A program made the translations under genes and the position numbers. The notes below the pieces were generated by a model. That model searched no databases and was not told the DNA's origin. It saw only the letters and a list, made by a program, of their open reading frames with translations. 64,000 bases of DNA from Eledone cirrhosa (Eukaryota), in the NCBI GenBank assembly GCA_964016885.1, contig OZ024744.1:17546001-17610000 (forward strand). The letters run 5' to 3'. Numbering within the stretch: the first letter of the stretch is position 1; each line of letters opens with the position of its first letter. Below, in pieces: positions 48,201-60,500 of this stretch.

Positions 48201-48720
48201 CATTGACGACAGGTTGACACTCATTGCTGACCTGTACTCCATCAGACATTGACGGCTGGTTGATACTCATTGCTGACCTGTACACCATCAGGTATTGACG
48301 ACAGGTTGATACTCATTGCTGACCTGTACACCATCAGATACTGACGACAGGTTGATACTCATTGCTGGCCTGTACACCATCTGGTATTGACGGCAGGTTG
48401 ATACGCATTGCTGACCTGTACACCATCAGACATTGACGACAGGTTGGTACTCATTGCTGACCTGTACACCATCAGATACTAACGACAGGTTGATACTCAT
48501 TGCTGACCTGTACACCATCAAGTATTGACGGCAGGTTGATACTAATTGCTGACCTGTACTCCCTCAGACATTGACGGCAGGTTGATACTCATTGCTGACC
48601 TGTACACCATCAGACATTGACGGCAGGTTGATAACAATTGCTGACCTGTACACCATCAGGTATTGACGACAGGTTGATACTCATTGCTGACCTGTACACC
48701 ATCAGATACTGACGACAGGT
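45250..48720. repeat. 38-monomer (1748 bp) higher-order tandem duplication
   Basis: GAGGGCAGG at 45353/47101, CACGTGCAGACTAC at 45943/47691 and ATAACAAT at 46883/48631 are all offset by 1748 = 38x46. Confidence 0.9.
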
Positions 48721-48949
48721 TGATACTCATTGCTGACCTGTACACCATCAGACATTGACGGCAGGTTGATACTCATTGCTGACCTGTACACCATCATGTA
48801 TTGACGACAAATTGATACGCATTGCTGACATGTACACCATCAGACATTGACGGCAGGTTGATACTCATTGTTGACCTGTACACCATCAGACATTGACGGC
48901 AGGTTGATACTGATTGCTGACCTGTACACCATCAGGTATTGACGACAGA

Positions 48950-51070
48950 TTGATACTCTTTGCTGACCTGTACACCATCAGACATTGACGGTAGGTTGAT
49001 ACTCATTGCTGACCTGTACACCTTCAGGTATTGACGGCAGGTTGATACTCATTGCTGACCTGTACACAATCAGACATTGACGGCAGGTTGCAACTCATTG
49101 CTGACCTTTACACCATCAGGTATTGACGACAGGTAGGTACTCATTGCTGACCTGTACACCATCAAATACTGACGACATGTTGATACTCATTGCTGACCTG
49201 TACACCATCAGACATTGACGGCAGGTTGATACTCATTGCTGACCTGTACACCATCAAATACTGACGACATGTTGATACTCATTGCTGACCTGTACACCAT
49301 CAGGTATTGACGACAGGTTGATACTCATTGCTGACCTGTACACCATCAGGTATTGACGACAGGTTAATACTCATTGCTGACTTGTACACCATCAGGTACA
49401 GACGACAGGTTGATACTCATTGCTGACCTGTACACAATCAGACAATGACGGCAGGTTGATACTCATTGCTGACCTGTAAACCTTCAGATATTGACGACAG
49501 GTTGATACTCATTGCTGACATGTACACCATCAGACATTGACGGCAGGTTGTTACTCATTGCTGACCTGTACACCACCAGACATTAACGGCAGGTTGATAC
49601 TCATTGCTGACCTGTACACCATCAGACATTGACGGCAGGTTGATACTCATTGCTGACCTGTAGACCATCAGACATTCAGGGCAGGTTGATACTCATTGCT
49701 GACTTGTACACCATCAGATACTGACAACAGGTTGATACTCATTGCTGACCTGTACACCATCAGATACTGACAACAGGTTGATACTCATTGCTGACCTGTA
49801 CACCATCACGTACAGACGACAGGTTGATACTCATTGCTGACCTGTACACCATCAGACATTGACGGTGGGTTGGTACTCATTGCTGACCTGTACACCATCA
49901 GACATTGACGACAGGTTGATACTCATTGCTGACCTGTACACCATCAGTCATTGACGACAGGTTGATACTCATTGCTGACCTGTAAACCTTCAGATATTGA
50001 CGACAGGTTGATACTCTTTGCTGACCTGTACACCATCAGACATTGACGGTAGGTTGATACTCATTGCTGACCTGTACACCTTCAGGTATTGACGGCAGGT
50101 TGATACTCATTGCTGACCTGTACACAATCAGACATTGACGGCAGGTTGCAACTCATTGCTGACCTTTACACCATCAGGTATTGACGACAGGTAGGTACTC
50201 ATTGCTGACCTGTACACCATCAAATACTGACGACATGTTGATACTCATTGCTGACCTGTACACCATCAGACATTGACGGCAGGTTGATACTCATTGCTGA
50301 CCTGTACACCATCAAATACTGACGACATGTTGATACTCATTGCTGACCTGTACACCATCAGGTATTGACGACAGGTTGATACTCATTGCTGACCTGTACA
50401 CCATCAGGTATTGACGACAGGTTAATACTCATTGCTGACTTGTACACCATCAGGTACAGACGACAGGTTGATACTCATTGCTGACCTGTACACAATCAGA
50501 CAATGACGGCAGGTTGATACTCATTGCTGACCTGTAAACCTTCAGATATTGACGACAGGTTGATACTCATTGCTGACATGTACACCATCAGACATTGACG
50601 GCAGGTTGGTACTCATTGCTGACCTGTACACCACCAGACATTAACGGCAGGTTGATACTCATTGCTGACCTGTACACCATCAGACATTGACGGCAGGTTG
50701 ATACTCATTGCTGACCTGTAGACCATCAGACATTCAGGGCAGGTTGATACTCATTGCTGACTTGTACACCATCAGATACTGACAACAGGTTGATACTCAT
50801 TGCTGACCTGTACACCATCAGATACTGACAACAGGTTGATACTCATTGCTGACCTGTACACCATCACGTACAGACGACAGGTTGATACTCATTGCTGACC
50901 TGTACACCATCAGACATTGACGGTGGGTTGGTACTCATTGCTGACCTGTACACCATCAGACATTGACGACAGGTTGATACTCATTGCTGACCTGTACACC
51001 ATCAGTCATTGACGACAGGTTGATACTCATTGCTGACCTGTAAACCTTCAGATATTGACGACAGGTTGAT
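48950..51070. repeat. 23-monomer (1058 bp) higher-order tandem duplication
   Basis: GTTGCAACTC (CAAC at 49091/50149) and CGGTGGGTT at 49863/50921 are offset by 1058 = 23x46. Confidence 0.9.
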
Positions 51071-51318
51071 ACTCATTGCTGACCTGTACACCATCAGACA
51101 TTGACGGCAGGTTGATACTCATTGCTGACCTGTACACCATCAGATATTCATGTCAGATTGATACTCATTGCTGACCTGTACACCATCAGGTATTGACAAC
51201 AGGTTGGTACTCATTGCTGACCTGTACACCATCAGACATTGACGGCAGGTTGATACTGATTGTTGACCTGTACACCATCAGATATTCATGTCAGATTGAT
51301 ACTCATTGCTGACATGTA

Positions 51319-51332
51319 CACCATCAGATAAT
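51319..51332 (+). repeat. Left copy of putative target-site duplication CACCATCAGATAAT
   Basis: Identical to 51510-51523, including the rare ATAAT variant (usual monomers have ACATT, ATACT or GTATT here). Confidence 0.8.
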
Positions 51333-51431
51333 TGTTTCTACTATTGGCACAAGGCCAGAAATTACCCAGTACATTACTGGTACTTTATTTTATCGACCCC
51401 GTAAGGATGAAAGGCAAAGTCAACCTCGGCG

Positions 51432-51441
51432 GGATTTGAAC
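51432..51441 (-). promoter_or_regulatory. RNA polymerase III B box of the SINE
   Basis: Minus-strand GTTCAAATCC matches the GTTCRANNCC consensus. Confidence 0.85.
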
Positions 51442-51494
51442 TCAGATCGTAAAGGGACGTAACTATGCTGGAAAGCATGGCGTCCGACCCTCTA

Positions 51495-51506
51495 CCGATA
51501 CTGCCA
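51495..51506 (-). promoter_or_regulatory. RNA polymerase III A box-like motif of the SINE
   Basis: Minus-strand TGGCAGTATCGG resembles TRGCNNARYNGG with mismatches. It lies near the element 5' end, 53 nt upstream of the B box. Confidence 0.65.
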
Positions 51507-51509
51507 ATC

Positions 51510-51523
51510 CACCATCAGATAAT
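51510..51523 (+). repeat. Right copy of putative target-site duplication CACCATCAGATAAT
   Basis: Identical to 51319-51332. Removing the insert plus one copy restores an intact 46-bp monomer. The boundary with the SINE 5' end is ambiguous by a few bases. Confidence 0.8.
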
Positions 51524-54500
51524 GACAACAGGTTGATACTCATTGCTGACCTGTACACCATCACGTGCAGACGACAGGTTGATACTCATTGCTGACCTGT
51601 ATACCATCAGACATTGACGGCAGGATGGTACTTATTGCTGACTTATACACCATCAGACATTGACGACAGATTGATACTCATTGCTGACCTGTACACCATC
51701 AGATACTGACGACAAGTTGATACTCATTGCTCACCTGTACACCATCAGGCATTGACGGCAGGTTGATACTCATTGCTGACCTGTACACCATCAGGTATTG
51801 ATGACAGATTGATACTCATTGCTGACCTGTACACCATCAGACATTGACGGCAGGTTGATACTGATTGTTGACCTGTACACCATCAGGTATTGACGACAGG
51901 TTGATACTCATTAGTGACCTGTACACCATCAGATACATACGACAGGTGGATACTCGTTGCTGACCTGTACACAATCAGGTACAGACGACAGGTTGATACT
52001 CATTGCTGACCTGTACACCCTCAGACATTGACGACAGGTTGGTACTCATTGCTAACCTGTAAACCATCAGACATTGACGGCAGGTTGATACTCATTGCTG
52101 ACCTGTACACCATCAGATACTGACGACAGGTTGATACTCATTGCTGACCTGTACACCATCAGACATTGACGACAGTTTGATACTCATTGCTGAACTGTAC
52201 ATCATCAGACATTGACGATAGGTTGATACTCATTGCTGACCTGTACACCATCAGATACTGACGTCAGGTTGATACTCATTGCTGACCTGTACACCATCAG
52301 ACATTGACGGCAGGTTGATACTCATTGCTGACCTGTAAACCTTCAGATATTGACGACAGGTTGATACTCATTGCTGACCTGTACACCATCAGACATTGAC
52401 GACAAGTTGGTACTCATTGCTGACCTGTACACCATCATATATTGACGACAGGTTGATACTTATTGTTGACCTGTACACCATCAGACATTGAGACAGGTTG
52501 ATACTCATTGCTGACATGTACACCATCAGATACTGACGGCAGATTGATACTCATTGTTGACCTGTACACCATCAGACATTGACGGCAGGTTGATACTCAT
52601 TGCTGACCTGTAAACCTTCAGATATTGACGACAGGTTGATACTCATTGCTGACCTGTACACCATCAGACATTGACGGCAGGTTGATACTCATTGCTGACC
52701 TGTAGACCATCAGACATTCAGGGCAGGTTGATACTCATTGCTGACTTGTACACCATCAGTTACTGACAACAGGTTGATACTCATTGCTGACATGTACACC
52801 ATCACGTACAGACGACAGTTTAATACTCATTGCTGACCTGTACACCATTAGACATTGACGGCAGGTTTGTACTCATTGCTGACCTGTAAACAATCAGACA
52901 TTGACGGCAGGTTGATACTCATTGTTGACCTGTACTCCATCATACATTGACGACAGGTTGATACTCATTGCTGACCTGTACACCATCAGGTACAGACGAC
53001 AGGTTGATACTCATTGCTGACCTGCACACCATCAGACATTGACGGTAGGTTAATACTCATTGCTGACCTGTAAACCTTCAGACATTGACGGCAGGTTGAT
53101 ACCCATTGCTGACCTGTACACCATCAGATACTGACAACAGGTTGATACTCATTGCTGACCTGTACACCATCACGTACAGACGACAGGTTGATACTCATTG
53201 CTGACCTGTACACCATCAGACATTGACGGCAGGTTGGTACTCATTGCTGACCTGTACACCATCAGACATTGACGACAGGTTGATACTCATTGCTGACCTG
53301 TACACCATCAGACATTGACGACAGGTTGATACTCATTGCTGACCTGTACACCATCAGATATTGATGTCAGATTGATACTCATTGCTGACCTGTACACCAT
53401 CAGACATTGACGACAGGTTGATACTCATTGCTGACCTGTACACCATCAGGTATTGACGGCAGGTTGATACTCATTGCTGACCTGTAAACCTTCAGATATT
53501 GACGACAAGTTGATACTCATTGCTGACCTGTACACCATCAGACATTGACGGCAGGTTGATACTCATTGCTGTCCTGTACACCATCAGGTATTGACGGCAG
53601 GTTGATACTCATTGCTGACCTGTACACCATCAGACATTGACGGCAGGTTGGTACTCATTGCTGACCTGTACACCATCAGACATTGACGACAGGTTGATAC
53701 TCATTGCTGACCTGTACACCATCAGACATTGACGGCAGGTTGGTACTCATTGCTGACTTGTAAACCATCAGATACTGACAACAGGTTGATACTCATTGCT
53801 GTCCTGTACACCATCAGGTATTGACGGCAGGTTGGTACTCATTGCTGACCTGTACACCATCAGACATTGACGGCAGGTTGGTACTCATTGCTGACCTGTA
53901 CACCATCAGACATTGACGGCAGGTTGATACTCATTGCTGACCTGTACACCATCAGACATTGACGGCAGGTTGGTACTCATTGCTGACTTGTAAACCATCA
54001 GATACTGACAACAGGTTGATACTCATTGCTGACCTGTACACCATCACGTACAGACGACAGGTTGATACTCATTGCTGACCTGTACACCATCAGACATTGA
54101 CGGCAGGTTGGTACTCATTGCTGACCTGTACACCATAAGACATTGACGACAGATTGATACTCATTGCTGACCTGTACACCATCAGACATTGACGACAGGT
54201 TGATACTCATTGCTGGCCTGTACACCATCAGATATTGATGTCAGGTTGATACTCATTGCTGACCTGTACACCATCAGGTATTGACGGCACGTTGATACTC
54301 ATTTCTGACCTGTACACCATCAGGTACAGACGACAGGTTGATACTCATTGCTGACCTGTACACCATCTGGTACAGACGACAGGTTGATACTCATTGCTGA
54401 CCTGTACACCATCAGACATTGACGACAGGTTGGTACTCATTGCTGACCTGTACACCATCAGACATTGACGGCAGGTTGATACTCATTGCTGACCTGTACC

Positions 54501-57500
54501 CCATCAGATAATGTCGACAGGTTGATACTCATTGCTGACCTGTACACCATCAGATACTGACGACAGGTTGATACTCATTTCTGACCTGTACACCATCAGA
54601 CATTGACGACAAGTCGGTACTCATTGCTGACATGTACACCATCATATATTGACGACAGGTTGGTACTCATTGCTGACATGTACACCATCAGACATTGATG
54701 TCAGGTTGATACTCATTGCTGACCGGTACACCATCAGATACTAACGACAGGTTGATACACATTGCTGACCTGTACACCATCAAGTATTGACGGCAGGTTG
54801 ATACTAATTGCTGACCTGTACTCCATCAGACATTGACGGCAGGTTGATACTCATTGCTGACATGTACACCATCAGACATTGACGGCAGGTTGATACTAAT
54901 TGCTGACCTGTACACCATCAGGTATTGAAGGCAGGTTGATACTCTTTGCTGACCTGTACGCCATCAGACACTGACGGCAGGTTGATACTCATTGCTGACC
55001 TGTACACCATCAGACATTGACGGCAGGTTGATACTCATTGCTGATATGTACACCATCAGGTATTGACGACAGCTTGATACTCATTGCTGACCTGTACACC
55101 ATCAGATACTGACGACAGGTTGATACTCATTGCTGACCTGTACACCATCAGACATTGACGGCAGGTTGATACTCATTGCTGACCTGTACACCATCAGGTA
55201 TTGACAGCAGGTTGATACTCATTGCTGACCTGTACACCAACATATATTGATGGCAGGTTGATACTCATTGCTGACCTGTACACCATCAGGTATTGACGGC
55301 AGGTTGATACTCGTTGCTGACTTGTGCCCCATCAGATACTGACAACAGGTTGATACTCATTGCCGACCTGTACACCATCACGTGCAGACGACAGGTTGAT
55401 ACTCATTGCTGACCTGTACACCATCAGACATTGACGGCAGGTTGGTACTTATTGCTGACTTGTACACCATCAGACATTGACGACAGGTTGATACTCATTG
55501 CTGACCTGTACACCATCAGACATTGACGACAGGTTGGTACTCATTGCTGACCTGTACACCATCAAGTATTGACGGCAGGTTGAATATAATTGCTGACCTG
55601 TACTCCATCAGACATTGACGGCAGGTTGATACGCATTGCTGACCTCTACACCATCAGACATTAACGACAGGTTGGTACTCATTGCTGACCTGTACACCAT
55701 CAGATACTAACGACAGGTTGATACTCATTGCTGACCTGTACACCATCAAGTATTGACGGCATGTTGATACTAATTGCTGACCTGTACTCCATCAGACATT
55801 GACGGCAGGTTGATACTCATTGCTGACCTGTACACCATCAGACATTGACGGCAGGTTGATACACATTGCTGACCTGTACTCCATCAGACATTGACGACAG
55901 GTTGATACTCATTGCTGACCTGTACTCCATCAGACATAGACGGCAGGTTGATACTCATTGCTGACCTGTACACCATCAGGTATTGACGACAGGTTGATAC
56001 TCATTGCTGACCTGTACACCATCAGATACTGACGACAAGTTGATACTCATTGCTGGCCTGTACATCATCAGGTATTGACGGCAGGTTGATACGCATTGCT
56101 GACCTGTACACCATCAGACATTGACGACAGGTTGGTACTCATTGCTGACCTGTACACCATCAGATACTAACGACAGGTTTATACTCATTGCTGACCTGTA
56201 CACCATCATGTATTGATGGCAGGTTGATTCTAATTGCTGACCTGTACTCCATCAGACATTGACGGCAGGTTGATACTCATTGCTGACCTGTACACCATCA
56301 GACATTGACGGCAGGTTGATACCAATTGCTGACCTGTACACCATCAGGTATTGACGACAGGTTGATACTCATTGCTGACCTGTACACCATCAGACACTGA
56401 CGACAGGTTGATACTCATTGCTGACCTGTACACCATCAGACATTGACGGCAGGTTGATACTCATTGCTGACCTGTACACCATCAGGTATTGACGACAGGT
56501 TGATACTCATTGCTGACCTGTACACCAACATATATTGACGGCAGGTTGATAGTCATTGCTGACCTGTACACCATCAGACATTGACGGCAGGTTGATACTC
56601 ATTGCTGACCTGTACACCATCAGATACTGACTACAGGTTAATACTCATTGCTGACCTGTACACCATCAGATACTGACGAAAGGTTGATACTCATTGCTGA
56701 CCTGTACACCATCATATATTGACGACAGGTTGATACTCATTGTTGACCTGTACACCATCAGACATTGAGACAGGTTGGTACTCATTGCTGACCTGTACAT
56801 CATCAGACATTGACGGCAGGTTGATACTGATTGCTGACCTGTACACCATCAGGTATTGACGACAGATTGATACTCTTTGCTGACCTGTACACCATCAGAC
56901 ATTGACGGCAGGTTGATACTCATTGCTGACCTGTACACCATCAGACATTGACGGCAGGTTGATACTCATTGCTGACCTGTACACCATCAGGTATTGACGA
57001 CAGGTTGATACTCATTGCTGACCTGTACACCATCAGGTACAGACGACAGGTTGATACTAATTGCTGACCTGTACACCTTCAGGTATTGACGGCAGGTTGA
57101 TACTCTTTGCTGACCTGTACACCATCAGACATTGACGGCAGGTTGATACTCATTGCTGACCTGTACACAATCAGACATTGATGGCAGGTTGGAACTCATT
57201 GCTGACCTTTACACCATCAGGTATTGACGGCACGTTGATACTCATTGCTGAGCTGTACACCATCAGATACTGACGACAGCTTGATACTCATTGCTGACCA
57301 GTACACCATCAGGTACAGACGACATGTTGGTACTCATTGCTGACCTGTACACCATCAGGTATTGACGATAGGTTGATACTCATTGCTGACCTGTACACCA
57401 TCAGGTACAGACGACAGGTTGATACTCATTGCTGACCTGTACACCATCAGGTACAGACGACAGGTTGATACTCATTGCTGACCTGTACACCATCAGACAT

Positions 57501-60500
57501 TGACGACAGGTTGGTACTCATTGCTGACCTGTACACCATCAGACATTGACGGCAGGTTGATACTCATTGCTGACCTGTACCCCATCAGATAATGTCGACA
57601 GGTTGATACTCATTGCTGACCTGTACACCATCAGATACTGACGACAGGTTGATACTCATTGCTGACCTGTACACCATCAGACATTGACGACAAGTCGGTA
57701 CTCATTGCTGACATGTACACCATCAGACACTGACGACAGGTTGATACTCATTGCTGACCTGTACACCATCAGACATTGACGACAAGTTGGTACTCATTGC
57801 TGACCTGTACACCATCATATATTGACGACAGGTTAATACTCATTGTTGACCTGTACACCATCAGACATTGAGACAGGTTGGTACTCATTGCTGACATGTA
57901 CACCATCAGATACTGACGGCAGGTTGATACTCATTGTTGACCTGTACACCATCAGACATTGACGACAGGTTGATACTCATTGCTGACCTGTACACCATCA
58001 GACATTGACGGCAGGTTGATACTCATTGCTGACCTGTAAACCTTCAGATATTGACGACAGGTTGATACTCATTGCTGACCTGTACACCATCAGACATTGA
58101 CGGCAGCTTGGTACTCATTGCTGACCTGTACATCATCAGACATTGACGGCAGGTTGGTACTCATTGCTGACCTGTACACCATCAGACATTGACGGCAGGT
58201 TGATACTCATTGCTGAGCTGTACACCATCAGACATTGACGGCAGGTTGATACTCATTGCTGACCTGTACACCATCAGTTATTGACGGCAGGTTGATAGTC
58301 ATTGCTGACTTGTACACCATCAGATACTGACAACAGGTTTATACTCATTGCTGACCTGTACTCCATCAGTTATTGACGGCAGGTTGATACTCATTGCTGA
58401 CCTGTACACCATCAGACATTCACGTCAGGTTGGTACTCATTGTTGACCTGTACACCATCAGACATTGACGACAGGTTGATACTCATTGCTGACCTGTGCA
58501 CCATCAGACATTGACGACAGGTTGATATTCATTGCTGACCTGTACACCATCAGATATTGATGTCAGGTTGATACTCATTGCTGATCTGTACACCATCATG
58601 TATTGACGGCAGGTTGATACTCATTGCTGAGCTGTACACCATCAGATACTGACGACAGGTTGGTACTCATTGCTGACCTGTACACCATCAGGTACAGACG
58701 ACAGGTTGGTACTCATTGCTGACCTGTACACCATCAGGTATTGACGATAGGTTGATACTCATTGCTGACCTTTACACCATCAGGTATTGACGATAGGTTG
58801 ATACTCATTGCTGACCTGTACACCATCAGGTACAGACGACAGGTTGATACTCATTGCTGACCTGTACACCATCAGACATTGACGACAGGTTGGTACTCAT
58901 TGCTGACCTGTACACAATCAGACATTGACGGCAGGTTGATACTCATTGCTGACCTGTACCCCATCAGACATTGATGACAGGTTGATACTCATTGTTGACC
59001 TGTACACCATCAGATATTGACGGCAGGTTGATACTCATTGCTGACCTGTACACCATCAGATACTGACGACAAGTTGATACTCATTGCTGACCTGTACACC
59101 ATCAGATACTGACAGCAAATTGATACTCATTGTTGACCTGTACACCATCAGACATTGACGACAGGTTCATACTCATTGCTGACCTGTACACCATCAGACA
59201 TTGACGACAGATTGATACTCATTGCTGACCTGTACACCATCAGACATTGACGGCAGGTTGGTACTCATTGCTGACCTGTACACTACCAGACATTGACGGC
59301 AGGTTGATACTCATTGCTGACTTGTACACCATCAGATACTGACAACAGGTTAATACTCATTGCTGACCTGTACACCATCAGGTACAGATGACAGGTTGAT
59401 ACTCATTGCTGACCTGTACACCATCAGACATTGACGGCAGGTTGGTACTCATTGCTGACCTGTACACAATCAGATATTGACGACAGGTTGATACTCATTG
59501 CTGACCTGTACACCATCAGATACTGACGACATGTTGATACTCATTGCTGACCTGTACACCATCAGATATTGATGTCAGGTTGATACTCATTGCTGACCTG
59601 TACACCATCAGACATTGACGACAGGTTGGTACTCATTGCTGACTTGTACACCATCAGACATTGAGGGCAGGTTGATACTCATTGCTGATCTGTACACCAT
59701 CAAGTATTGACGGCAGGTTGATACTAATTGCTGACCTCTACTCCATCAGACATTGACGGCAGGTTGATACGCATTGCTGACCTGTACACCATCAGATATT
59801 GACGGCAGGTTGATACTAATTGCTGACCTGTACACCATCAGGTATTGAAGGCAGGTTGATACTCATTGCTGACCTGTACGCCATCAGACACTGACGGCAG
59901 GTTGACACTCATTGCTGACCTGTACACCATCAGACATTGACGGCAGGTTGATACTCATTGCTGACCTGTACACCATCAGGTATTAACGGCAGGTTGATAC
60001 TCATTGCTGACCTGTACACCATCAGTTATTGATGACAGGTTGATACTAATTGCTGACCTGTACACCATCAGACATTGACGACAGGTTGATACACATTGCT
60101 GACCTGTACACCATCAGGTATTGACGACAGGTTGATACTCATTGCTGACCTGTACACCATCAGGTATTGACGGCAGGTTGATACACATTGCTGACCTGTA
60201 CACCATCAGACATTGACGGCAGGTTGATACTCATTGCTGACCTGTACACCATCAGATACTGACGACAGGTTGATACTCATTGCTGACCTGTACACCATCA
60301 TATATTGACGACAGGTTGATACTCATTGCTGACCTGTACACCATAAGACATTGACGGCAGGTTGATACTCATTGCTGACCTGTACACCATCTGACGTTGA
60401 CGAGAGTTGATACTCATTGCTGACCTGTACACCATCAGACATTGGCGACAGGTTGATACTCATTGCTGACCTGTACACCAGCAGGTATTGACGACAGGTT

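Larger units (their letters stand above)
1..51332. repeat. 46-bp tandem satellite array, left part (continues beyond the window start)
   Basis: Uninterrupted head-to-tail copies of CACCATCAG(ACAT/ATAC/GTAT)TGACG(A/G)CAGGTTGATACTCATTGCTGACCTGTA with period 46. Most monomers differ from consensus by a few substitutions, with occasional 45-bp monomers. Confidence 0.99.
51333..51509 (-). mobile_element. tRNA-derived SINE (177 bp between direct repeats), probably an octopus/mollusc-type family
   Basis: Only non-satellite sequence seen. The minus strand reads GATTGGCAGTATCGGTAGAGGGTCGGACGCCATGCTTTCCAGCATAGTTACGTCCCTTTACGATCTGAGTTCAAATCCCGCCGAGGTTGACTTTGCCTTTCATCCTTACGGGGTCGATAAAATAAAGTACCAGTAATGTACTGGGTAATTTCTGGCCTTGTGCCAATAGTAGAAACA. 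It has an A-box-like motif and a consensus B box in the 5' half, an A-rich 3' end and a 14-bp flanking duplication. The family assignment is from recall, not from a search. Confidence 0.9.

Noticed and set aside
51420-51509. Functional tRNA gene
   Set aside because: A/B boxes are present, but I could not form an acceptor stem or canonical cloverleaf. It continues into a non-tRNA body and is bounded by a target-site duplication, as expected for a SINE head.
51333-51509. MITE or DNA transposon
   Set aside because: There are no terminal inverted repeats. The 14-bp duplication and Pol III boxes fit a retroposon better.
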